A stretch of 35,612 nucleotides of DNA, taken from positions 1 through 35,612 of the forward strand of contig JBKJSX010000110.1 in assembly GCA_046594375.1 (NCBI GenBank), read 5' to 3'. Both the position numbers and the translations under genes were made by a program. Positions 18,751-27,898 of this stretch are shown here, in pieces (positions within the stretch are counted from its first letter, which is position 1; each line of letters starts with the position of its first letter). Source of the stretch: Chitinophagaceae bacterium. GTDB taxonomy: Bacteria; Bacteroidota; Bacteroidia; Chitinophagales; Chitinophagaceae. The notes under the pieces were generated by a model. That model was not told the origin of the DNA. It saw only the letters and a program-made list of their open reading frames with translations, and did no database searches.

Positions 18751-19653
18751 CTATAACTTCTTTCCTATCCCATGCCAGTAAGGCGTTCCATCGCTTATCA
18801 CAATTTCTGTTAATCCTGAAGATTGCATCATTTCTTCTACTTGTTTGCGGGTAAATCTTTGTTCCAGGCGGGTGCCAAATCTGTCGAGAGCATCATTTCT
18901 CATTACAAAAAAAGCCTTGTTACTGTAATCAGCTAATGGGATTTTTTTTGCCATTTTCTTCATCCCAAGTCGACTAATAAACCGTGATAGAGAAACCAAT
19001 GGAAGATAAATCAGTGCAGCAATGATGTCGCAAACAAATTTTTTCAACCCTGCGGGCATACGACTTATCCCTTTGCGCAAGGTATTAGAGATAGCAAAGG
19101 CTGTTCTCGTTAAAAATCCTTTATGAGAAATATCGTGGTAGAGATAAGTGTAAAAATATCCTTCATGTTTTACCTTCTTTACGCAATCAATCATTGCCTG
19201 TTGTGTATTGGGAATGTGATGGAGCACCCCAACACACATGGCAAAATCAAAAGTTTCATCATCAAATGGCAATGTATTAATCGATGCTTTTGCCAATCGC
19301 ACATTATCAATATTTTTTAAAAGTCTGTCAGCGGCAAAAATTGCATTGCTGGGATCAACAGCTTCAATAAAGCCTGCACGGGCAGCCATCACTTTCGTCC
19401 ATCTGCCGCTGCCACAGCCAATATCAATAGCATAACTGTTTTTATTTAAAACCACTTCGTTGATTATATCAAAATATTCTCCCACACTTTTACTGATCAT
19501 CTCGTCAGAGAACTCATGAAATTTTAGCCACTCCTCACCAAATTCTTCAACTACTTTTTCATCAATGTTGCTTCCTGAAATTTCAAATATGCTTATCTCA
19601 CGGTTACCGGATACGATTTTTTGAAGCGGTTGTGAATTATAATTCTTTATCAT
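18751..19653 (-). CDS. Class I SAM-dependent methyltransferase
   Basis: FGEEWLKF, AIDIGCGSGRW, GVLHHIP, DALDRFGTRLEQRF. Start moved to ATG 19653 because a TATTTTTG promoter element lies within the longer ORF call (19701). Confidence 0.88.
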   Translation of the reverse strand: MIKNYNSQPLQKIVSGNREISIFEISGSNIDEKVVEEFGEEWLKFHEFSDEMISKSVGEYFDIINEVVLNKNSYAIDIGCGSGRWTKVMAARAGFIEAVDPSNAIFAADRLLKNIDNVRLAKASINTLPFDDETFDFAMCVGVLHHIPNTQQAMIDCVKKVKHEGYFYTYLYHDISHKGFLTRTAFAISNTLRKGISRMPAGLKKFVCDIIAALIYLPLVSLSRFISRLGMKKMAKKIPLADYSNKAFFVMRNDALDRFGTRLEQRFTRKQVEEMMQSSGLTEIVISDGTPYWHGIGKKL

Positions 19654-19667
19654 TTTTTCTGTGTTGA

Positions 19668-19675
19668 CAAAAATA
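19668..19675 (-). promoter_or_regulatory. Bacteroidota -7 promoter element TATTTTTG for the minus-strand methyltransferase
   Basis: Plus-strand caaaaata. TAnnTTTG match 14 nt upstream of ATG 19653. Confidence 0.5.
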
Positions 19676-19751
19676 TTGTTTAAAACATCATTAAGGCACA
19701 AGATAACGTTGCTGTATTTGTTTTATTTTTACCACCTACTCAAAATAAAAT

Positions 19752-20909
19752 ATGCCCTACCGGTTTTTAATTATTGGTGCTGGCTTTTCAGGAGCTGTAA
19801 TGGCTAACAGGCTTGCTGATAAATTAGATTGCACCATTGATGTATGGGACGAACGGGAACACATTGGTGGCAACTGCTACACTGAGCGTGACAAGGAAAC
19901 AGGAATAATGATTCATAAATATGGCCCGCATATTTTTAATACTGATAAAAAAGAGATCTGGAATTTTGTTAACAGCTTTGTTGAATTCAGACCTTATGTG
20001 CATCGCGTAAAAGCTATGAGTAATGGAAAAATATATTCCCTGCCGGTTAACCTGCAAACCATCAATCAGATATTTGATAAAACTTTTACACCTGCAGAAG
20101 CAAAAGAATTTTTAGAAACGCTGGGAGATAAAACTATAAGTAATCCTAAAAATTTTGAAGAGCAGGCGTTACGTTTTATTGGCAAGCAATTATACTATGC
20201 ATTTTTTTATGGCTATACTAAAAAGCAATGGGGTTGTGAGCCGACAGAATTACCTGCATCGATTTTAAAAAGAATTCCCCTTCGTTTTAATTATGATGAC
20301 AATTATCACAACAACATTTACACCGGCATTCCGCTAGATGGATATACCGCACTTTTTGAAAAGCTGGTAGATATTCCAAAAATTAAAATTGAATTGAATA
20401 AAAAATTTGATCCTTCAATTGATATTTCATCTTACGATCACGTGATTTATACCGGCCCTGTGGATGCATATTTTAATTATCAATATGGAAGATTGGGCTA
20501 CCGCACTGTTACCTTTGAAAAATTTACAGAACAGGGAGATCACCAGGGAGTAACACAGGTAAATTATTGCGATGAAAATATTCCTTATACAAGAATTGCG
20601 GAGCATAAGCATTTTACGCCTTGGGAAGAGCATGATAAAACTGTTTATTTTAAAGAATTTAGCAAGGAAACAACAGAAGATGATATACCGTACTATCCAA
20701 AAAGATTGCAGGCAGATAAAGATCTCTTAATAAAATATCGTGAAGATGCGACAATGCTAAAAGGAGTTTCTTTTCTCGGAAGATTAGCAACCTACCGCTA
20801 TATGGATATGCACGATGTGATAGGAGAAGCTATAGATTATTCAAAGATCTTTATAGATTCTTTAAAAAAATCAAAGCCAATTCCTGTTTTTCCAAATAAA
20901 GAAAGCTAA
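19752..20909 (+). CDS. glf: UDP-galactopyranose mutase
   Basis: IIGAGFSG FAD motif, HIGGNCY, HKYGPHIF, YTKKQWG, PYYP, GRLATYRY.DM. Confidence 0.97.
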   Translation: MPYRFLIIGAGFSGAVMANRLADKLDCTIDVWDEREHIGGNCYTERDKETGIMIHKYGPHIFNTDKKEIWNFVNSFVEFRPYVHRVKAMSNGKIYSLPVNLQTINQIFDKTFTPAEAKEFLETLGDKTISNPKNFEEQALRFIGKQLYYAFFYGYTKKQWGCEPTELPASILKRIPLRFNYDDNYHNNIYTGIPLDGYTALFEKLVDIPKIKIELNKKFDPSIDISSYDHVIYTGPVDAYFNYQYGRLGYRTVTFEKFTEQGDHQGVTQVNYCDENIPYTRIAEHKHFTPWEEHDKTVYFKEFSKETTEDDIPYYPKRLQADKDLLIKYREDATMLKGVSFLGRLATYRYMDMHDVIGEAIDYSKIFIDSLKKSKPIPVFPNKES

Positions 20910-20988
20910 TAACTTCATTCCACTACAATAAGCAATGATTATTTAGCGTTAAGGGTACATCCAATCATACAAAAACCAAGCAAGTTAA

Positions 20989-21975
20989 ATGGACAAGGTC
21001 GTCGCCGTGATTGTTACTTATAATCGGCAACAGTTACTATCTAATTGCATAAACGCATTACAAAATCAAACCCGCAAAGTTGATAAGATACTCGTGATCA
21101 ACAATGGCAGTACCGACGAAACTGCAGACTGGTTAAAAACACAAAACAACATAGATCATATCTCGCAGGAAAATGTGGGTTCGGCCGGTGGATTTTACAC
21201 AGGCATTAAAACAGCATTTGAATCAGGATATAGTTGGATGTGGCTGATGGATGATGATGGTTACCCTAAGGAAGATGCGCTGGAAAAACTTTTAGAAGAT
21301 GACAGTGAAGAATTATTGCTGAGAAATTGCGCAGTGATTGATAAAGAAGATAAAAAAAGCTTTGTATGGAAAACACTTCATTACAAAAATATTGATGAAG
21401 TTAAGAGCAAGGTGATACAAAATATTGCACACCCGTTTAACGGAACATTGCTTCATAGAAGAATCGTAGAAAGAGTGGGCTTTCCTAATCCACGTTTGTT
21501 TTTATGGGGAGATGAAACTGAGTACTATTACAGAATAATAAAAAAGAATGCCATCCCTTTTTGCACAATAACCAACAGCATACATTATCATCCTGCAACT
21601 TATTTTTCTTATAAGCAGGAATGGGACTATAAAACAGGCTGGAAAATGTATTATTATATCCGCAACAGGTTTCATGTTCACCGCAGTAAGTTTTCTGCAG
21701 CGATGCCTTTTGCTTACATGATGTACGCCGGTTTTTTATTGATGTTCGCATTTATAACACTCCTGTTTCAAAAAACGGATAAGATAAAAAAGATGGCTTT
21801 TATTGCATGGCCCGCAAAAGATGCTCTGCAAAATAATTTTAAAGCCACACCATCCTATATTTTAGAAAGACTAAAATCTAATATGAAGGAATATCCCAAA
21901 ACTTTTAAAAGCTTTATGGAGGATCAAACTGAAAACTTACAACAATATAAAAAGCCAAAATATAAAATATTATGA
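20989..21975 (+). CDS. Glycosyltransferase family 2, probable galactofuranosyltransferase (GlfT1-like)
   Basis: VAVIVTYNR, NVGSAGGF, WLMDDDG, PFNG, FLWGDETEY, YYYIRN. Directly downstream of glf. Specificity is inferred. Confidence 0.85.
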   Translation: MDKVVAVIVTYNRQQLLSNCINALQNQTRKVDKILVINNGSTDETADWLKTQNNIDHISQENVGSAGGFYTGIKTAFESGYSWMWLMDDDGYPKEDALEKLLEDDSEELLLRNCAVIDKEDKKSFVWKTLHYKNIDEVKSKVIQNIAHPFNGTLLHRRIVERVGFPNPRLFLWGDETEYYYRIIKKNAIPFCTITNSIHYHPATYFSYKQEWDYKTGWKMYYYIRNRFHVHRSKFSAAMPFAYMMYAGFLLMFAFITLLFQKTDKIKKMAFIAWPAKDALQNNFKATPSYILERLKSNMKEYPKTFKSFMEDQTENLQQYKKPKYKIL

Positions 21976-23378
21976 GCCTTTTAGATTTTGTATTTTTTCC
22001 TTTTTACCTTCTTATATTTTCTTTTATTTTTAAAAGGCTTCGGGAAAAATATAAAGATCCGATATTAAAAAAATATCATAAACAAGGCTTTTGGGTAAAA
22101 ATTATAGGCTGCATAGCATTCACAATTTTTAATGCGTATTTATCTCCCGGCGATTCTACCGGCCTTTACCACAATGAAGGTGTAAATATTCATAATTTAA
22201 TTCTGCATGACTTTAAAAATATTGATCTGCTATTTTCTGAAGGGAAAAATTTTGATGAAACATTACTAAAAGATCCTTATAACGCTGGCTATTTTAAATC
22301 TGCCAATAACTTTTTATTAACTAAGATGGTTGCTGTACTCTGCTTTGTAACATTTAGTAAGTACATGGTTATAAATCTAATTTTTGCACTAATAGCATTT
22401 TCCGGAATATGGAAATTATTTTTATTTTTCTATGAGCAATATCCCAAAATGCATAAGCAATTTGCTATAGCAATTTTATATCTACCAACCTTTGTTTTTT
22501 GGAGTTCAGGGATTTTAAAAGATACTATTTGTGTAGCAGCACTCGGATGGATAACTTATGGCCTCTACGAGATATTTTATAGAAAAAAAAGGATACTTAA
22601 AAATGCATTTATAGTGGCAGTATTTAGTTATTTGCTAATCGTTCTAAAGGTATATATCCTGATATCTTACGTTCCCTTTTTTATTTTATACATACTACTT
22701 AAAAATGTACAGAGCATTAATAACATAGCTCTTAAATATGTATTTACACCTGCTTTGATTTTAGGAAGTATGTTTGGATTTACGAAAGCATTAAATTCTT
22801 ATGGTGATGAATTAGGGCAATTCGCTGTAAAAGATATTTCCCAAAGCATTAAGAAATATAACAAGGCTTACGAAGACCAGGCTATTACCAATGCCAGCGG
22901 CGCAAATTCAAATTTTTCTTTAGGAGTTGAATTCGATGGCTCTATGGTAGGGCTTGTTAAACTTGCACCTGTAGCCATCGGCACTACTTTTTTTCGTCCA
23001 TTTGTTTGGGAATCGCGTAAACCATCAATCCTCCTATCTTCTACTGAAGCATTATTACTAATGTTGTTTACCATATTTATAATTTTTAAGGCAGGACCCA
23101 TAAATTTCTTTAAATTAATATTCAGCGATCCTTTGATAATGTATTGTTTTTTGTTCTCTTGTGTATTTGCTTTGTTTGTTGGCGCCAGCACATTAAATTT
23201 TGGATCACTTGTACGCTACAAAATCCCGTGCATGCCCTTTTACCTGATTTCGTTGTATCTCATCCATGAAAAAGTTAAAGCTAGAGAGCAATTAAAACTA
23301 AAGATGAATGCCAGCACTTATAACGAAGAACCGGTTTTTCAAAAAGAACCTATTATTTCCCAACTCACTTTGTCATGA
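21972..23378 (+). CDS. Uncharacterised polytopic membrane protein (candidate Wzy polymerase or GT-C-like enzyme), paralogue of 7511..8863
   Basis: 468 aa, multi-TM. Motifs PGDS, WSSGILKD, FRPFVWE, NFGSLVRYK. ATGA overlap with the upstream GT. Confidence 0.6.
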   Translation: MSLLDFVFFPFYLLIFSFIFKRLREKYKDPILKKYHKQGFWVKIIGCIAFTIFNAYLSPGDSTGLYHNEGVNIHNLILHDFKNIDLLFSEGKNFDETLLKDPYNAGYFKSANNFLLTKMVAVLCFVTFSKYMVINLIFALIAFSGIWKLFLFFYEQYPKMHKQFAIAILYLPTFVFWSSGILKDTICVAALGWITYGLYEIFYRKKRILKNAFIVAVFSYLLIVLKVYILISYVPFFILYILLKNVQSINNIALKYVFTPALILGSMFGFTKALNSYGDELGQFAVKDISQSIKKYNKAYEDQAITNASGANSNFSLGVEFDGSMVGLVKLAPVAIGTTFFRPFVWESRKPSILLSSTEALLLMLFTIFIIFKAGPINFFKLIFSDPLIMYCFLFSCVFALFVGASTLNFGSLVRYKIPCMPFYLISLYLIHEKVKAREQLKLKMNASTYNEEPVFQKEPIISQLTLS

Positions 23379-23428
23379 TCCATTTTGGTTATTATGCATT
23401 TATTTTGCCATAGTGAAATATTAAATAC

Positions 23429-25270
23429 ATGTGCGGAATTGCAGGTGCGGTAAATTTTAAACTTTCTCACAACTTCATAAATACTACCATGCATCATCGG
23501 GGTCCTGATGAGCAAGGTGGTTATGCATCGGGCAATGTAGATTTTTATCATTTACGGCTATCCATTTTAGATATCGGCGGCGGCAGGCAACCTATGCATC
23601 TTGATAACAGATATACCATCATTTTTAATGGGCAAATTTACAATCACGCTGAACTGCGCACCAGGTTTAATTTACAAGGCAACACCTTTTCTGATACAGA
23701 AACACTATTGCTCCTCTATCAAAAATTTGGAACTGATCTTTTGCAACATCTAGACGGCATGTTTGCTTTTGCAATTCATGACAAAGAAAAAAATATAATC
23801 TTTATTGCAAGAGACCGTGCAGGCGAAAAGCCTTTATATTATTATAAGGACAATGAAAAAATAGTTTTTGCCAGTGAGTTAAATTGCCTGAAAGCAGTGT
23901 TGCCTTTGCAAATGGATGAGAACAAATTTTATCACTACTTTAGACTGGGAACTTTTTATCGTAACGCTACCCCTTATAAAAATGTTAATGAACTTGAGGC
24001 AGGAAGTTTTCTTATCATCGATTGTTCAACATTACAAATTCGGCAAACACGTTGGTGGAACATTCATGATTTTTATTTGAAAGAGAATAATGACTCGTTT
24101 GAAAAAGCTTTTGAAACTGTTGAAACTTTTTTACAACTATCAATAAAAAGAAGACTGGAATCATCTGATCTTGAGGTCGGATGTTTTTTAAGTGGTGGTA
24201 TTGATAGCGGGTTGGCGACAGCTATTGCCAGTGAATACAAGCAAGGTGTGAAAACATTTACGGTTTCATTTAATGGTGAATACAATGAAGGACCGCTTGC
24301 AAAATTGGTAGCGGATAAATACAAAACGCATCACACTGAGATAAATATTTCATTTGATAATTTGCAAGATGACCTTGAAAAAATTCTTTGTAATTATGGC
24401 GAGCCTTTTTTTGATAGCTCTGCCATTCCCAGTTATTATGTTAGCCGTGAGGCCAAGAAACATCTTACTGTAATCATTAACGGGGATGGAGCTGATGAAT
24501 TATTTGGCGGCTACCGCCGGTATGTTCCATTCTCAAAATATGATTTCTTTAAAAAAAATTTACTGGTAAAGAATGGTGCTTCATTCATAAAAAAAATGTT
24601 GCCCGTATCTGATAATAAAAAATCAAAATACAATTATCTATACAGGCTGGCTTCACTTGCCTCCAAATCACATTTAGAAATTTACTTATCTGCCGGCGTA
24701 GATATTTTTGAAGATTTTGAAAATAATATTAATGCTGGCTTCGATTACCTTGCTACAATAAAAAAAGATTTTGATGTAATTGCATCAGGCAAAATTTCAG
24801 GTTTAAAAAAGATCATGAATATGGATTTTGACACAAATCTTTTAGGTGATCTTTTGGTAAAGATGGATATTGCAACTATGGCAAATTCGTTGGAAGGCCG
24901 AAGCCCTTTTCTTTCAAAAGAACTATTGGAATATGTTCCTTCCATGAATGACAAATTCAAAATACATGGCGGCACTACAAAATACCTTTTACGTAATCTT
25001 GCAAAAAAATATTTGCCTGAAGCATTGATAAATCAACCCAAGCGTGGCTTTGAAATTCCTTTGAAAAACTGGGTGAATGGGCAATTAAAAGATATGATGA
25101 ATGATTATATCGGTTCATCTACTTCGCTAAATAAAAATTTTATACATCAACAGTTTGTAACCGATCTGCTCCAAAATAAAACAAAAATTTCTCAGGAAAA
25201 GAGAGCTAAAATTTTATGGACACTATTTTCATTGGAAGTATGGTATAAAAAAGTTTACCTCAATAACTAA
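23429..25270 (+). CDS. asnB: Second asparagine synthase-family glutamine amidotransferase
   Basis: MCGIAG, HRGPD, RDRAGEKPLYY, LSGGIDSG, GDGADELFGGY, KMDIATMANSLEGRSPFL. Confidence 0.93.
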   Translation: MCGIAGAVNFKLSHNFINTTMHHRGPDEQGGYASGNVDFYHLRLSILDIGGGRQPMHLDNRYTIIFNGQIYNHAELRTRFNLQGNTFSDTETLLLLYQKFGTDLLQHLDGMFAFAIHDKEKNIIFIARDRAGEKPLYYYKDNEKIVFASELNCLKAVLPLQMDENKFYHYFRLGTFYRNATPYKNVNELEAGSFLIIDCSTLQIRQTRWWNIHDFYLKENNDSFEKAFETVETFLQLSIKRRLESSDLEVGCFLSGGIDSGLATAIASEYKQGVKTFTVSFNGEYNEGPLAKLVADKYKTHHTEINISFDNLQDDLEKILCNYGEPFFDSSAIPSYYVSREAKKHLTVIINGDGADELFGGYRRYVPFSKYDFFKKNLLVKNGASFIKKMLPVSDNKKSKYNYLYRLASLASKSHLEIYLSAGVDIFEDFENNINAGFDYLATIKKDFDVIASGKISGLKKIMNMDFDTNLLGDLLVKMDIATMANSLEGRSPFLSKELLEYVPSMNDKFKIHGGTTKYLLRNLAKKYLPEALINQPKRGFEIPLKNWVNGQLKDMMNDYIGSSTSLNKNFIHQQFVTDLLQNKTKISQEKRAKILWTLFSLEVWYKKVYLNN

Positions 25271-25275
25271 ACAGA

Positions 25276-26439
25276 ATGCCGAAGACGCTTATAAGAATAA
25301 CTACCGTTCCAATGGCTTTTAAAGTTTTGCTGGCAGGGCAACCAAAGTTTATGAGTGAGCATGGGTTTAATGTTATAATGATAAGTGCTGATGGAAAAGA
25401 AGTTGAGGATCTTAAAAAACAGGAAGAATGCGAGCATATAATTGTTCCCATGACAAGAAGTATTACGCCCTTAAAAGACATTGTAAGTTTTTTTAAATTA
25501 AGAAAGGTTTTAAAAAAACACAAGCCTGATATTGTACATACCCATACACCCAAAGCGGGATTGCTGGGAATGCTTGCAGCAAAAAGTGTTGGCATAAAAA
25601 TAAGGATACATACAGTAGGCGGATTGCCTTTAATAATTGAAACCGGATTTAAAAGGCGATTGCTTATGCTTACAGAAAAGTTAACCTACTTTGGCGCTAC
25701 AGAGGTTTGGCCTAACAGCCGATCGATGATGAATTTTATTATTGACAACAAACTGGCAAAAGCCGAAAAGCTTGCTGTTATTGATAACGGATCTACCAAT
25801 GGTATTGATCTTAAAAAATTTTCAAAGCAAAACTTAAACGAAGGAATTAAAAATAAAATAAAAGCATCATTACCACAATTGAATGGTTTAAAAATTTTAT
25901 GTGTTGGCAGGATGGTAAAAGATAAAGGCATTGAAGAATTGGTGAGTGTTTTTGAAAAACTGCAACAACAACATGAGCTGCAACTTATTTTAGTTGGCCC
26001 TTTTGAGCCGCACTTAGATCCTTTATCTGCACAAACACTTGATATCATCATTAATAATGCAGCTATCACACATATTAGCTGGAGCGATTCAATTGAATAC
26101 TATATGTCGCTTGCTGATATTTTTGTACATCCTTCGCACAGGGAGGGATTTCCAAATGTAATTTTACAGGCAGGCGCAATGCATCTTCCTGTAGTTTGTT
26201 CAAACATTGCCGGTAATGCAGATATCATTCAAAATGAAAGAACAGGTTTTATGTTTGAAGTAAAAAATGAAGACGATCTAAATACAAAACTTAAGTTTGC
26301 AATTGAGAATAAAGAAAGCACTCAAAAAATTGCGCAGTCCCTCTTTGAAGAAGTAACACAATTATATAGCCGGAAAACAGTTCATGAAGTAATATTTCAA
26401 ACCTATAATCGTTTACTGTACAAGCATGGAATTAAATAG
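25276..26439 (+). CDS. Glycosyltransferase family 4 (CapM/PglA-like; probably adds the second sugar)
   Basis: HTHTPKAGLLG, VGRMVKDKG, PSHREGFPNVILQAG. Confidence 0.9.
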   Translation: MPKTLIRITTVPMAFKVLLAGQPKFMSEHGFNVIMISADGKEVEDLKKQEECEHIIVPMTRSITPLKDIVSFFKLRKVLKKHKPDIVHTHTPKAGLLGMLAAKSVGIKIRIHTVGGLPLIIETGFKRRLLMLTEKLTYFGATEVWPNSRSMMNFIIDNKLAKAEKLAVIDNGSTNGIDLKKFSKQNLNEGIKNKIKASLPQLNGLKILCVGRMVKDKGIEELVSVFEKLQQQHELQLILVGPFEPHLDPLSAQTLDIIINNAAITHISWSDSIEYYMSLADIFVHPSHREGFPNVILQAGAMHLPVVCSNIAGNADIIQNERTGFMFEVKNEDDLNTKLKFAIENKESTQKIAQSLFEEVTQLYSRKTVHEVIFQTYNRLLYKHGIK

Positions 26440-27154
26440 GCAACCACATCTTACAATTTTATTTATAGGCAAGGCAGGTGATTTTTTTTCATGCCAGGCA
26501 GCTGATTTTATTTTAGTGCACTACCCTACTGCAAAAATTGTTTACAGTACAAGGCAACAACCTTTTCCGCAGGACTTACTTAACTGGAAGGGAGATCTTA
26601 TTATTTCTTACCTCTCTCAATGGATAATACCAAAAACACTATTACAAAATGCCGCACTGGCAGCATTGAATTTTCACCCCGGCCCTCCTGAATATCCAGG
26701 AATAGGCTGTACAAACTTTGCCATTTACAACAGGGAGAACGAGTTTGGTGTTACCTGCCACCACATGGCTTCAAAAGTTGATACAGGGGAGATTGTAGCT
26801 GTAAGGCGTTTCCCGGTTTATCAAACAGATTCGGTGTATTCTATTACACAACAATGCTATAACCATATACTACATTTGTTTTACGATATTTTTTCCCAAT
26901 TGATGAATGGTGAAAAAATACCTGAGGCTAATGAAATATGGAAACGTAAGCCCTACCTGCGTAAACAACTTGATGAGCTTTGCAGGCTAACACCTGATAT
27001 GGACGTAAAAGAAATTGAACGAAGGATTAAAGCGACAGATTATTTACACCCGTGGGCATACATGCAGCTGGGTAATGAAGTTATAAAGCTCACCGCGGAT
27101 GATATAAAAAAAAAGAGCTACTTAACTTTTTTATCCCAGCCAAACCTGTCGTAA
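26426..27154 (+). CDS. N10-formyl-THF-dependent formyltransferase (putative sugar N-formyltransferase)
   Basis: Fmt-core catalytic motifs LNFHPG (N-x-H) and GVTCHHM..KVDTG. Short, without the Fmt C-terminal tRNA-binding domain. Glycan-locus context. Confidence 0.8.
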   Translation: MELNRQPHLTILFIGKAGDFFSCQAADFILVHYPTAKIVYSTRQQPFPQDLLNWKGDLIISYLSQWIIPKTLLQNAALAALNFHPGPPEYPGIGCTNFAIYNRENEFGVTCHHMASKVDTGEIVAVRRFPVYQTDSVYSITQQCYNHILHLFYDIFSQLMNGEKIPEANEIWKRKPYLRKQLDELCRLTPDMDVKEIERRIKATDYLHPWAYMQLGNEVIKLTADDIKKKSYLTFLSQPNLS

Positions 27155-27239
27155 AGTTTCTACGGCTAGCCCATTATTAATACAATAAGTTAATTGAATT
27201 TGCGTTTGTTATAATAAACTTCATCCAATACATACTACC

Positions 27240-27860
27240 ATGATACTCATTGGCTACTCTGGTCATTCTTACGTGATAAACGGCATATTAAGATCTATAG
27301 GATTAAAAGCTACCGGTTACTGCGATAACGAAGAAAAAAAATTCAACCCTTTTTCCCTTAAATATTTTCAAAAAGAAACATCGCCTGTTGGCCTAAAAGC
27401 GCTTACACAGGAAGACTTCTTTATTGCCATAGGAAACAACGAGGTTAGAAAAAATATTTATAACAATCTTGCTATAAGAAATTTATTGCCCATAAATGCT
27501 GTTCACGCTACAGCAGTAATTGATGACACTGCGGACTTATCTGCACATGGCATAATGATATCACCTAATGTTACAATAAATGCTTTTGCTAAAATAGGTA
27601 TCGGTGCAATTTGCAATACTTACTCTATTATAGAGCATGAATGCATCATCGGAGATTTTGCGCATATTGCGCCGGGTGCGGTTTTATGCGGCAATGTAAA
27701 AGTGGGGGAAAACAGTTTTGTTGGTGCCAAGTCTGTAGTAAGAGAAAATATAACTATTGGCAAAAATGTAATTATCGGTGCCGGATCTGTTGTTGTAAAA
27801 AACGTTCCTGATAATGTAAAAATAGTAGGTAACCCTGCCCGTTTTATAAAATATAATTAA
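27240..27860 (+). CDS. NeuD/PglD-family sugar acetyltransferase
   Basis: GYSGHS, FIAIGNNEVR, catalytic EH motif (IIEHEC), hexapeptide repeats, VGNPAR. Confidence 0.92.
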   Translation: MILIGYSGHSYVINGILRSIGLKATGYCDNEEKKFNPFSLKYFQKETSPVGLKALTQEDFFIAIGNNEVRKNIYNNLAIRNLLPINAVHATAVIDDTADLSAHGIMISPNVTINAFAKIGIGAICNTYSIIEHECIIGDFAHIAPGAVLCGNVKVGENSFVGAKSVVRENITIGKNVIIGAGSVVVKNVPDNVKIVGNPARFIKYN

Positions 27861-27875
27861 GCATACCTTATCCCT

Positions 27876-27883
27876 TAACTTTG
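27876..27883 (+). promoter_or_regulatory. Bacteroidota -7 promoter element TAACTTTG
   Basis: Exact TAnnTTTG followed by C in a 38-bp gap, 15 nt before ATG 27899. Confidence 0.62.
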
Positions 27884-27898
27884 CGCCAAATTTATTAA

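Noticed and set aside
7490-19760. Site-specific invertible segments explaining the two antisense genes
   Set aside because: I found no flanking inverted repeats by eye and there is no recombinase in the window. It cannot be fully excluded without long reads.
17773-27114. A9 runs (17773-17781, 27106-27114) as phase-variation tracts
   Set aside because: Long A runs are frequent in this Lys-rich, AT-rich DNA. Unlike the A8 at 2520, these are not tied to a domain boundary or hidden stop.
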